Assembly (NCBI GenBank): GCA_050010695.1
Contig: JBEKKO010000007.1
Span: forward strand, 3,647-67,646
Length of the DNA stretch: 64,000 bases
Reading direction: 5' to 3'
From: Bryobacteraceae bacterium
Lineage (GTDB): Bacteria; Acidobacteriota; Terriglobia; Bryobacterales; Bryobacteraceae
The notes below the pieces were generated by a model. It ran no database searches and was not told the origin of the DNA. It saw nothing but the letters and a program-made list of their open reading frames with translations. Positions 20,000 through 29,070 of the stretch are shown piece after piece (position 1 is the stretch's first letter; every line of letters starts with the position of its first letter). A program made the position numbers and the translations under genes.

Positions 20000-21436
20000 A
20001 TGAAGACACCCGCATTGTTCCTCTTTCCCCTGGTTTTGCTGGGGGCCACCGGCAGTTCCGATCCCAACACCGTTTCCGCGCTGGCGCGCAAAGCTCCGGC
20101 GGAGTTCGCCGCGGACGCCTTGATCCGCTTGGCGTCGAATGAAAAACTGGACTCGCGCGCGCGTGTGAAGTGGTTGACCGAAGCTTTTCGCCGGGCCGCC
20201 GAAGCCCAGCACCCCATCAAGCTCCGCGCCTCCATCACGCGCAACAACGTGGGAGCTTATCTGGAGCGCGCTTACCAGCAGGATCTCGACGCGCTCTCTC
20301 TCCGCCTGCGCGCCGTTCGGCAAATGCTGTCGCTCGATAGCGGCAAAGCCACCAAACTATTTCTCTCGATCGCTCGTCCCGCAGTTCCGCCCTTCCGCTG
20401 CGAGGACATCGTGGTCGCCGATGTGGGCCGCTATTACGAAACACTGGGCGCGATTTCGAAGATCGGGCACCGTGACGTGGCGAAGATGTTGAAAGACCGC
20501 ATCGGCGGCATCACGTCCCCCGCTCAGATTGCGCCCGTGGCGCAACTTCTCCAGCAGGCCGAATTGAAGGATTCCGACCTCGAAGCCCTCACTGTTTCGC
20601 TGGCGGCCAGCCTGCGGGAGATCTCCGGCGACGACCGCTCGTTCACCTACTATGCCGCCGCAACCGGGCCGGCGATTCTGGATCTGGTCGGAGAGCTGGC
20701 GAGCCATCATCTCTCCCCGCTTCCGCTGGTGGAGGCTTACCGCCTCTACCTGGTGCACCATCTGACGGGCGATCGCTGCGCGGACGGCTATTTGATCAAC
20801 AACGGTCCCCCTTCCATCAACCTGGCCAGCGGCCGGATGAGCGAGGTCCTCGGCTGGAACGCCTCTGTATTCTTCGCCGAGAAGATCCTGATGCCGCCGG
20901 TGAAGCCCCTCACGGAGCAGGAAACCACGCCGCACTCCCTGGAAGGTTTTGCCGCCGGCGTCAACTCTTGCCAGGATTCCCAGTGCCAGGACATAAACGG
21001 ACAGGTGAGGGATCTGGCCTTCGGCCCCGAGGGGCAGGCGCTGCTCGCGTCGCAACACAACGACGCATGGCGCGCCCGCCTCCAGACCACGCTGGCGGCT
21101 TTGGAGGCCTGGCAACCCGGCAAAGGACAGGCCGACGAAGTGTTTCGCGAGAAGACCGCGGCGTATAACAGCCTGGCTTGGATGGATTCCGGTGCCAGCC
21201 GGGAGAATGTGTTGCGCTCCTGGCTGAACTACTTGAAACAAAGCCGCGCAACCGTGAGCGATCGGGCACAGTGGTTCTTTCCCGTGAACGCCCTGATTGG
21301 CCGCGCCGCGCTGGACCCATCCAATACCAAGCTGGCCGAGCTGCTGCGTGCGCAGGACGATCCGGTGATCGCCCTCTATGTGCAGCTCGAGCCCCTGGCT
21401 CCCCGCGGGCCGGACAAAATCCTGCCGTTGCTGTAG
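20000..21436 (+). CDS. Secreted protein of unknown function
   Basis: 478 aa. Signal peptide MKTPALFLFPLVLLGATGS. Balanced, mostly helical-looking composition with no recognisable motif. 76 nt after the orphan flp, same strand. Confidence 0.6.
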   Translation: MKTPALFLFPLVLLGATGSSDPNTVSALARKAPAEFAADALIRLASNEKLDSRARVKWLTEAFRRAAEAQHPIKLRASITRNNVGAYLERAYQQDLDALSLRLRAVRQMLSLDSGKATKLFLSIARPAVPPFRCEDIVVADVGRYYETLGAISKIGHRDVAKMLKDRIGGITSPAQIAPVAQLLQQAELKDSDLEALTVSLAASLREISGDDRSFTYYAAATGPAILDLVGELASHHLSPLPLVEAYRLYLVHHLTGDRCADGYLINNGPPSINLASGRMSEVLGWNASVFFAEKILMPPVKPLTEQETTPHSLEGFAAGVNSCQDSQCQDINGQVRDLAFGPEGQALLASQHNDAWRARLQTTLAALEAWQPGKGQADEVFREKTAAYNSLAWMDSGASRENVLRSWLNYLKQSRATVSDRAQWFFPVNALIGRAALDPSNTKLAELLRAQDDPVIALYVQLEPLAPRGPDKILPLL

Positions 21437-21598
21437 CGCGCAGTCTTGTTCCGAGGTGGTGGCGCAGGCAGTCCTGCCTGCTGTGTCGGAGAGTCTTCTC
21501 GGCCTTTCTTTCTTGGATTGGTGCGACACACTGCCGTCGCCAGGAAACGTCGCCACGATTGGCGACGCTGTGCAGGCAAGATTGCCCGCGCCACGCCG

Positions 21599-21787
21599 CT
21601 AATGGTGCTTGACCGCCTTGTGATGCGCGACCTTCGCGTGCTTGCCCTTCTTGGCCTTCCGGCCCCTGTTGGCCGGCTTCATCTTGACCGACTTTGCAGC
21701 CGGGCGTATCACATTCTTCTTGGCTTCGCCGGCCGCGGTGAAGCCGCAAGCCAGAGCCAACGCCAGCGCGATGGTGCGCAGTCTCAT
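21599..21787 (-). CDS. Small secreted Lys/His-rich protein
   Basis: 62 aa. Signal peptide MRLRTIALALALACGFTAAGEA, then a roughly 40-aa strongly basic tail ending AHHKAVKHH. Confidence 0.45.
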   Translation of the reverse strand: MRLRTIALALALACGFTAAGEAKKNVIRPAAKSVKMKPANRGRKAKKGKHAKVAHHKAVKHH

Positions 21788-21884
21788 CTTACCTTCGATT
21801 ATCCCGCACCGCCCCTGCCGGCCACAAGTTATCCCTTGGAAAACTGTAACCTATTAACGCCGGTGAATGAATAAAATGCGCGCG

Positions 21885-21920
21885 CCTGTAGGGACGGGGC
21901 ATGCCCGGCCCGCTGCCGGG
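21885..21920. repeat. REP-like GC-rich palindromic element, copy 1
   Basis: CCTGTAGGGACGGGGCATGCCCGGCCCGCTGCCGGG is closely similar to 23746-23782. Imperfect hairpin centred on GCATGC. Confidence 0.55.
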
Positions 21921-21946
21921 AATCTCCGCCACGCCGCTTTGCCGGG

Positions 21947-22654
21947 CTACTGATCGGCCGGCGCGATCATTGCGGCGCCCGCCACCACTCCCACGTCCCC
22001 GACCTGCACCCATAGGATGGCGCGTTGCCGGCGCGACTGCGGCGAGACATTGACGAGCTGGTAAAAAGCTCCGCCGGGCGGGACCACGCCAACCCTGCGG
22101 ATTTCGCGGCACACCGCCACGTGACGCAACTGGCGCCCCTTGTTTGCCCCTGCGGTCACGGCCGTGGATGCGCTGTCGTCCGCCAGCGCCAGGAAAACCC
22201 GATCACCCACGTGCGCCCCGTCGATCTCTATTTGCACACCGCGGTCCGACCAGGAGAGGCGCGGCACGAGCTTGACGCGTTTCGCGGCCTTGCCGATTTC
22301 AGTAGCGGCCCGGCCCGCATCGTTGCCAATGAATTGCACCGCCCCGTTGATCACCATCTGGGGAGTGTACACGGCGTCCAGGCGGAAGCGTCCCGCATAC
22401 GCCTCTTGGCGTTTGGTCACATCTTCCGTTGCAAAACGGTCGCGCCATCCACTGCCATCCCAAGTGGTGACGTGCTCGCCCAGCACGATCGCCGTCGCAT
22501 CCAGTTTCGCCAGCAACTGATCCGCCGGCGGGGAGTTCGCAGACCCCTCGGCCGTGAACAACTCGACCAGCACCGGAGCCCTGTCCGCTCCGAAAGCGCC
22601 GGCCGGCAGAACGGCGGCCAGCAGCAGCACACAAATCGTATGCCAGTGCTTCAT
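21947..22654 (-). CDS. DUF1223 family (thioredoxin-like) secreted protein, Cys-less variant
   Basis: Signal peptide. VLVELFTAEGSANSPPAD ... VYTPQMVINGAVQFIG matches my recollection of the DUF1223 pattern, but with Ser at both positions of the usual CxxC. Confidence 0.7.
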   Translation of the reverse strand: MKHWHTICVLLLAAVLPAGAFGADRAPVLVELFTAEGSANSPPADQLLAKLDATAIVLGEHVTTWDGSGWRDRFATEDVTKRQEAYAGRFRLDAVYTPQMVINGAVQFIGNDAGRAATEIGKAAKRVKLVPRLSWSDRGVQIEIDGAHVGDRVFLALADDSASTAVTAGANKGRQLRHVAVCREIRRVGVVPPGGAFYQLVNVSPQSRRQRAILWVQVGDVGVVAGAAMIAPADQ

Positions 22655-22761
22655 TTTCCCCTCCCGGTCCGCGCTATCAATTCAAATTCCGCAGCGGCCG
22701 CAGACACATTCATCTTCAAACGCCTAGATTATGCCAGAAAGGTTAACAACGCGCCATACTG

Positions 22762-23592
22762 CTAGGCGGTATGGCTGAACCATAAGTACCAGAGCGCGAA
22801 ACTCACCCCGGTCAATCCCAGGCAGATCCACGCCGCCACCTGCCACAACCTTTCGACTGGCGATCCTTCGTAGCGAGGCGTGCCCCCCAGGTACGCCACG
22901 CCGAAGCCCGCGATGCCGCCGCCGATATGCGCCGCCATGTCCACGCCCGGCAAGAAACTGAAAAGCAGGATGTAGATGGCCCAGCGCATGTACGTGCTGC
23001 GAATGGCCGCTCCCATCGCAACGCTGTGATGCGTCACACCCAGCCCGATCATGGCTCCGATCAAACCGCAGAGCGCCGCCGAGGCGCCAATCGAAGGCGA
23101 CATCGGACTCCACAGGTTGCTCAAGTAGAACCCGCCCACCGACGAAACAAAATAGATCACCCACATGCGGCTGGCGCCATACACTTCCTCCACTTGCGGC
23201 GCCAGGTCGAACAGCACCCAGGAATTCATCAGGATGTGGAGCAGCCCTCCGTGGAGAAAGCCGGCCGTCACTAGCCGCCACCACTGGCCGGCCGCAATGG
23301 CGGGGCCGTACTTGGCGCCGAACGCGATCAGCGTGTTGGCGTCGATCCCCGAAAAACCGCCCCCGGTTTCGGCCCTCATGCTGTACAGCGTGCTCACCAG
23401 GTAAAGCCCGAAGTTGGCCAGCAGAATGACGATGGTATTGAACCGCGCGTACGGGATCAGCCCCCCCAGAAGGTCCGCCGGGCTGCGCCGGTCGATCGCG
23501 CGCGGCCCCACCTGCTCTTCGCAGTAGGGGCAGATCTTGTCTTTGACGGTAATAAACGCCCGGCAATGCGGGCACATCCGGCGCGCGTCCAT
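22762..23592 (-). CDS. Rhomboid family intramembrane serine protease with N-terminal zinc ribbon
   Basis: CPHCRAFITVKDKICPYC zinc ribbon. Rhomboid motifs WRLVTAGFLHGGLLHILMN, GASAALCGLIG (catalytic Ser) and AHIGGGIAG (catalytic His). Confidence 0.85.
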   Translation of the reverse strand: MDARRMCPHCRAFITVKDKICPYCEEQVGPRAIDRRSPADLLGGLIPYARFNTIVILLANFGLYLVSTLYSMRAETGGGFSGIDANTLIAFGAKYGPAIAAGQWWRLVTAGFLHGGLLHILMNSWVLFDLAPQVEEVYGASRMWVIYFVSSVGGFYLSNLWSPMSPSIGASAALCGLIGAMIGLGVTHHSVAMGAAIRSTYMRWAIYILLFSFLPGVDMAAHIGGGIAGFGVAYLGGTPRYEGSPVERLWQVAAWICLGLTGVSFALWYLWFSHTA

Positions 23593-23745
23593 AACAGCCT
23601 ATGATACAACCCGTGCGGTGAGGCCCGGTGTTGGGCAGGTTGGTGTGTGGGGCAGGTTGATAACCGGTTGATAACCTGCGCGCGACCCGGAGGGTGCCCC
23701 GGCCAATCGGCGCACCGGGCGAAGCCCGGCCGTTCTTGTGTCGTC

Positions 23746-23782
23746 CCTGTACGGGCCCGGCATGCCTGGCCCGCTCGCCCGG
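23746..23782. repeat. REP-like GC-rich palindromic element, copy 2
   Basis: CCTGTACGGGCCCGGCATGCCTGGCCCGCTCGCCCGG. Lies directly upstream of copy 2 of the 89-nt repeat. Confidence 0.55.
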
Positions 23783-23785
23783 CAA

Positions 23786-23874
23786 GTAGGACAGACCATC
23801 GCCTTTCGTGGTCTGTCATCGCTCGCCAAGCCCGACGCCCTGACAGACGACACAAACCGAGCGTCTGTCCCACC
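23786..23874. repeat. 89-nt two-hairpin intergenic repeat, copy 2
   Basis: Ungapped match to 15740-15828. Stems at 23790-23798/23809-23817 and 23842-23849/23862-23869. Confidence 0.7.
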
Positions 23875-24017
23875 TCAGTCACAACCTATTTTCCAAACTA
23901 ATCCAATCACTTAGCTCTCAAAAACCTTGACGCACCCCTTATCCTTAAATCAGGACTGTGGCGCCAGGCTCCGCTGCTAGTCTGCTCTTGTTGGCCAACA
24001 AGCGTTGCACTCAAGTG

Positions 24018-24434
24018 ATGCTGAACTTCCGGCGCCCGTTAACGGCATGCGGGGTCCCCTACGGGCGGGACTCTCGACGGAAGACTTTGGATTCCCGGAA
24101 TTCATTGGACCCGGATAAATATCTGCTCACTCCGATCAGCCAGCCCACGCTGCATTTCTGCCGTGAGCAGTATGAGGACGCGCGGCGCTTATACCGCGCG
24201 CAAGTGGAGCACTGGGAAGCCCAGGCCAAGCGCCAGAACAATATCGACATTGGCCAACTGCAAATGAAGTTGGCGCTGGCGGAAGCGCGCGCGGATCATT
24301 TCGAGGAAGCCATCGACGCTTACGAACGAGCGGCGTCCGCGTTTGAGCGCGATTGGTGCCCAGGGCATCCCAAAGCACTGGCAGCGAGCGTGGCGAAGGC
24401 CGCGTTGGAAGCCAGCGTCAAGCCGCGGGTGTAG
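24018..24434 (+). CDS. Hypothetical protein, helical/TPR-like
   Basis: An ORF with plausible composition (EEAIDAYERAASAFER...). Start unclear, no motif recognised. It lies between repeats and a convergent gene. Confidence 0.3.
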   Translation: MLNFRRPLTACGVPYGRDSRRKTLDSRNSLDPDKYLLTPISQPTLHFCREQYEDARRLYRAQVEHWEAQAKRQNNIDIGQLQMKLALAEARADHFEEAIDAYERAASAFERDWCPGHPKALAASVAKAALEASVKPRV

Positions 24435-24440
24435 CCGCGA

Positions 24441-25352
24441 TCACCAGCGTTGAGCCCAAGCCGGCGCCTCCATGCGAGTTGGGCGCTCTTCCTGCATCGA
24501 GGCGAGCTGGCGCCATAAGAGTTCATTCTTTTTTGTGAGTTTGCCCGCAAGGACACGACCGCCGACCGTCGCGACCAGGCGGCCCTGCTGATCCCAGTCT
24601 GCCCAGTGCGCCTCGAACAGAGCAACTGGTTCTCCGTCGGGCCGATAGACCGTGTAGAGGGAACGGCGTCTCGAAGGGTAAATCGCCTCGTAGAGCGTGG
24701 GGCCTTTGCGTTCCGTCTGGCGTTCGAGGATGAGATCCCCAGACGCCTTCCTCCACGCGGCATATCTTGGGTAGTTCCGGTTGGTCTGGGTGGAGGCCAG
24801 GATTCCTTGCCAGCCGCTCCGCCAGGCGGGTTCCGCCTCACGCCGCGGGTCGCCTTTTCCCAGAGAGCAGTACTCCAGCACGCGTAATGGGCCCGGGGGG
24901 TGATCAGGGTGATGTTTGGCGCCAAAACTCGGCGAAGATGTGGCAACCAACACCGTATGATCGTCAAGAAAAACTCCGTCCCCGCCCCAGGTATCGCCAA
25001 TCGGCCAGAGCGCCAATGCCGTCACGTACGGAGGCCGGCTTACCGCAGTCCAGGTGCAAGTATATCCCTCCTCATCATTGCGGGGCCGGTATTGTCCGGC
25101 GAAATAGACGAATAACTTCCCGTCCGGGGAAACGTCGCACTTGGCCGGATGCATCCGTCCTCGAAACCACTGCCCTCCCGCAAAGGTATCGCGCCGGGTG
25201 TCCCATAGCGTAACGCGCCACCATTCGGTTGGTCCGCGCCTGAGGATCACGCCGACGTAGGCCTGCCGGGCCAAGTGTACGAACATCCAACAGCCGTCTT
25301 CGAAGAACGGCGTCAGGTCCTCGATTCGCTCATTGATTGCGTGTCTTTTCAT
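24441..25352 (-). CDS. Hypothetical protein (Trp/Tyr-rich, no recognised domain)
   Basis: 303 aa with non-artefactual composition. 6 nt downstream of the BadF-type ATPase gene on the same strand. Confidence 0.6.
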   Translation of the reverse strand: MKRHAINERIEDLTPFFEDGCWMFVHLARQAYVGVILRRGPTEWWRVTLWDTRRDTFAGGQWFRGRMHPAKCDVSPDGKLFVYFAGQYRPRNDEEGYTCTWTAVSRPPYVTALALWPIGDTWGGDGVFLDDHTVLVATSSPSFGAKHHPDHPPGPLRVLEYCSLGKGDPRREAEPAWRSGWQGILASTQTNRNYPRYAAWRKASGDLILERQTERKGPTLYEAIYPSRRRSLYTVYRPDGEPVALFEAHWADWDQQGRLVATVGGRVLAGKLTKKNELLWRQLASMQEERPTRMEAPAWAQRW

Positions 25353-25358
25353 CCCAGA

Positions 25359-26294
25359 TCAGAAGCCATGCAGTTCCACGTTCAACCCCGCCGCCCGATA
25401 CGCTTCGAGCAGCGCCCCTAAGTGCGGCGGATGCTGCGGCGGGCCAAGCTGGTTCCCTGCCTCCATCTCGACCAAAATGCGGAAACGCTCCAGCAGCAAC
25501 CTGCTTTCGAACACGCCGCCTGCGTAAGCTATTTCCGCCGACTCACCCGGCTTCCACAGTTGCGCGCGCACGGCGGCGGCGAGTTGGGCCAGTTCCTGCG
25601 CGGCCTGGTTCACGATGTGCAGCGCTACCGCATCGGCCTCGCCAGCCGCCCGGTCCACCAGCGGCGCCAGCGCGGCGATTCGTGAGCGTTCCCATTCCGG
25701 CGTGTAGAACCGGTGCAGCATCTGGTTGGCGCTGGCCGACCCGGTGGCCTCGAGCAGCGCCGCGCGCAGCGACGTCTCCGGGCCCCAGCCTTCCTCCATC
25801 CGCAAAGCCGCGCGCGCCGCCTGGCGGACCATGTCGAAGGCGCCGCCCTCATCGCCGAATACAAACCCCCAGCCGCCCGTCCGCGCCGTGCGTCCCTGCC
25901 GGTTACGCCCCAGCGCCATCGAGCCGGTCCCGGCGATGACCACGATTCCCAGCCCGTCGAACGTTGCGCCGGCCAGCGCAACGGCCGCATCCGTCGTCAC
26001 CACCAGGCGCGCCGCCCGCACCAACCCGGAGAGAATCTCGAGCTTGTCGTCCGGCCCGCCGCTCATGCCGAAGCACGCCGATTCGAATTCCAAAGTTGCG
26101 GCATCGAGGCCCGCGTGCGCGCCGGCTCGGCCCACACTTTCGCGCACCGCGCGTTCCAGCTTCGCCCGCCCTTCCTCACCGGCGGCATGGTTGCCCGGTC
26201 CGGCTTCGCCTTCGCCCAGCACGCGGCCGGTCTCATCGCCGATTGCCGCGATGGTTCCGGATTGCCCGCCATCCACGCCCAAAAACAATTTCAT
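25359..26294 (-). CDS. BadF/BadG/BcrA/BcrD-type ATPase, N-acetylglucosamine kinase-like
   Basis: MKLFLGVDGGQSGTIAAIGDETGRVLGEGEAGPGNH phosphate-1 motif, VIAGTGS phosphate-2 motif. 4-nt overlap with the upstream membrane protein gene. Confidence 0.8.
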   Translation of the reverse strand: MKLFLGVDGGQSGTIAAIGDETGRVLGEGEAGPGNHAAGEEGRAKLERAVRESVGRAGAHAGLDAATLEFESACFGMSGGPDDKLEILSGLVRAARLVVTTDAAVALAGATFDGLGIVVIAGTGSMALGRNRQGRTARTGGWGFVFGDEGGAFDMVRQAARAALRMEEGWGPETSLRAALLEATGSASANQMLHRFYTPEWERSRIAALAPLVDRAAGEADAVALHIVNQAAQELAQLAAAVRAQLWKPGESAEIAYAGGVFESRLLLERFRILVEMEAGNQLGPPQHPPHLGALLEAYRAAGLNVELHGF

Positions 26295-28462
26295 GGCAGT
26301 TTGTACAATGTGGCGCCGCCGGCGGCACCCACCGCTTTAACACCCCACAAGTCGCGATTGCTCCGCACGTCTTCCGCCCAGGCTTCGTCCTGGAAGCAGA
26401 GAATGTAGTCGATGCCGCGCCGCTTCAACTCCTCCGCCGCCGCGCGCCGGAAGCCGAGATACGGGCCGCCATCGCTCACCACCGGCCGGTCGGCAAGCCG
26501 CTCCCAGGTCCCATCGGCGGTTTCGCCCTCCAGCTCGAGCCGGACGCCGTACTGGTCCCCGGGACCCTCCAGCACCACTTGGTCGGCCTCCCGAATGCCG
26601 CCGCAGTCAACTTGCACAAACATCCCAGGATGAATGACTTCGCCGCTCGACCAGAAAGTAACCGGTGAATTATCGAAGGCGTCCTGAATGGTCCACGGGA
26701 AGGGGTGCGCGGTCAAGCGCCAACCGGCCTCCCGGGGCAGTTCGTGGCCGCTCGAGAAGATGCGCAGCTCGTTGATGCTCCAGACGTCGGGCCCGCTGGC
26801 GGTTTGATTCACCCGAATCGCCCGCAGCCGCCGCGCCGGAAAAGTAAAGCGCAGCCGCCCGTTCGGCGCGTGCGTTCCGATCGCGGCGCTTTGAAAGATG
26901 CGCACGGCTACTTGATTCGCCGCCGACTCCCAGTCCACCAGGATGCGCCGTGAAGTATATGCATCGGGAATCGCTTTGAATGTCAGCACGGACGAACCGG
27001 GCGGCGTAGCCTTTTCTACCAATTCAGATACCGGATACAGTGCCAAGTGATTGTCGAAATAGCGTTCCGGATCGCGCAGGTGGAACGCATCCCGCCACGG
27101 CGTGATCGCCAGCCGCCAGTAGCCGGTCGGCAGAAGTTTCGCGACCACCGGCGGCCAACAGAGGGCGGCGTGCAAAACCACCACGGCCAACGCCATTCCC
27201 GGTAACGCGGTGAACGCCATCGCCATCGCCAGCGCCACGAAAGGCAGCGGCGGAATCAGGAATCGCGTCCCGATGTTGCTGAAGTAGTTGGCGCCAAACA
27301 CCAAAGCCGCCAACCACAGTTGTCGTCCCAGCGGCTTTCGCAACGCAGCCAGTCCCAGTGGAGCCAAAAGAAAGACTGGCCCCAGTATGCCGCCCAGCCC
27401 ACCGTGGACGGTTGCCGCCAGCGGTATCTGCCAGCGGCTGGCGAGATCGTAGATCTGGAAGTAGCTCTTATAATCCTCTTCAAAATAGATGGTTACGTAT
27501 GGATTCGGAAAGTAACTGTTGAAGAATGGAGCCAGCGGATTGTGCATCCACATCCAGTTCTTCAGCAACCATGGTGCCACCAGCAGAAACGCGAATCCGG
27601 CCACGACCGCGACCGCGCGCACGCGCCTGCTCTTCCAGGCGACGAACCCAATCGCGTATGCCACACACACCCAGCCCGTATACTTGAGCGCGTATCCAAA
27701 GCCGGCCAAAATCCCGATCACCGGCAGCAAGCCAGCGGTCCGATCCTCTGCCCAGTTCTCCAGCAGGCAGAACAGAGTGAACGCGACAGCCGCCAGGGCG
27801 ACATCGTTGTAAGCGCTCGAGGCGTCCACCCCCACCATCGGGCTGAGCGCCACCAACGCAGCGCCGCAGACTCCCACCCACGCCATGCCGTGGCGCGCTC
27901 CCCAAATCCACATCTGCCAGACCAGCGCCACCAGAAATGCCAGGTGAACCAGGGCTGCGGCCGAGTGTTTCCCAAAGGCGAAAGCGAACAGGAACAACAT
28001 CTCCATGCCCTGTGACAGGCTGGCGTAATAGTTCCAGGTGATGGTGTGAAAGCCGTGTTCCCGCAGATACTGTGCCGTCAGGCCGAGGTGATAAGTAGCG
28101 CCATCGGGGCTGACTTCTGGCGCCATCGCCCTCAAGAAGTAGATGTAAAAATATACGATAAATATAACAAACAATAGGATGTTCTTGATTGAGGCCGTGG
28201 GCCAATTCCGAGCACCATCCCCGCTACGCCAGCGATGCCACGGCTGGCAAGCGACGATTGCCGCCACACCCAGAATCGCGAAGGTGGTGGGATACACGAG
28301 GCCGCTGGCCGCCAGCAGGAGTACCAGGAAGCTGAGCACGCCGGATCCCGCTACGAAGCGAACCGGCCAATCGGCGCACGCTTTGCCCACCAGCAGTGTG
28401 CCAAGCGCCGTCGCGGTTGCCACCGTGAACAGCGCGCCGAAAAGAATCGCCGCCACCTGCAT
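26291..28462 (-). CDS. Polytopic GT-C-like membrane protein with a C-terminal discoidin/F5-8-type-C-like domain
   Basis: 723 aa. About a dozen hydrophobic segments resembling ArnT/PMT-type enzymes. Soluble C-terminus contains WSINELRIF, typical of carbohydrate-binding discoidin-like domains. Confidence 0.6.
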   Translation of the reverse strand: MQVAAILFGALFTVATATALGTLLVGKACADWPVRFVAGSGVLSFLVLLLAASGLVYPTTFAILGVAAIVACQPWHRWRSGDGARNWPTASIKNILLFVIFIVYFYIYFLRAMAPEVSPDGATYHLGLTAQYLREHGFHTITWNYYASLSQGMEMLFLFAFAFGKHSAAALVHLAFLVALVWQMWIWGARHGMAWVGVCGAALVALSPMVGVDASSAYNDVALAAVAFTLFCLLENWAEDRTAGLLPVIGILAGFGYALKYTGWVCVAYAIGFVAWKSRRVRAVAVVAGFAFLLVAPWLLKNWMWMHNPLAPFFNSYFPNPYVTIYFEEDYKSYFQIYDLASRWQIPLAATVHGGLGGILGPVFLLAPLGLAALRKPLGRQLWLAALVFGANYFSNIGTRFLIPPLPFVALAMAMAFTALPGMALAVVVLHAALCWPPVVAKLLPTGYWRLAITPWRDAFHLRDPERYFDNHLALYPVSELVEKATPPGSSVLTFKAIPDAYTSRRILVDWESAANQVAVRIFQSAAIGTHAPNGRLRFTFPARRLRAIRVNQTASGPDVWSINELRIFSSGHELPREAGWRLTAHPFPWTIQDAFDNSPVTFWSSGEVIHPGMFVQVDCGGIREADQVVLEGPGDQYGVRLELEGETADGTWERLADRPVVSDGGPYLGFRRAAAEELKRRGIDYILCFQDEAWAEDVRSNRDLWGVKAVGAAGGATLYKLP

Positions 28463-28465
28463 CGC

Positions 28466-28987
28466 TTACTCCACGAAGCCGACGCGGGTGAGGACGAACC
28501 CCAACCGCTCCCCGTCAGGGCCGGGCGCGGTCTTGTCGGGCTCGAGCGCGACGGTGTTGATGCCGTCCGGGCGCAGCCACTCCCACGGCGTCTCTTTGCT
28601 GTATTCCTGGCTGCCCGGCTTGGCGTACCGGACGCGATCGAACTCCCTGCCATTGAGGTGGATGGTTACCTCCACCGGCCCGGTCTGGGCGAAGGTCTGG
28701 TCGGGGAATGTCAGATCCATCAGGAAGCGGAGACGCGGCACGCGCGGCAGATAGAACTGGAGCACCGGATGCTCATGCGTCCAGCGCCACGCCCCTTCGC
28801 TTTGATCGCGAAAGCCGCCCACGATGTACGCCCCGGCATTGGGGTCGCTCATGGCCACGAAATATCCGAAGGGAAGCGACGAGGGCAGGCTGAGCGACGG
28901 GCGCTGCTCGGGCGGCGGATACCAGACGAGCCGGCTCCCGCACCCCGCCGCCACCAATGCCAATACGATGGAGACCAACCGAAGCAC
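28466..28987 (-). CDS. Putative lipoprotein of unknown function
   Basis: A GTG at 28987 gives MLRLVSIVLALVAAGC (lipobox-like). The longer track ORF overlaps the upstream gene. 3 nt before the GT-C-like gene. Confidence 0.5.
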   Translation of the reverse strand: MLRLVSIVLALVAAGCGSRLVWYPPPEQRPSLSLPSSLPFGYFVAMSDPNAGAYIVGGFRDQSEGAWRWTHEHPVLQFYLPRVPRLRFLMDLTFPDQTFAQTGPVEVTIHLNGREFDRVRYAKPGSQEYSKETPWEWLRPDGINTVALEPDKTAPGPDGERLGFVLTRVGFVE

Positions 28988-29070
28988 GAAGATCGATTGT
29001 AACAGCGGCGGGCGCGCGAGGCCGTTGTGAAATCGAAAAAAGCGAAGCGCTGGCAAGGACGCTGGATGGA

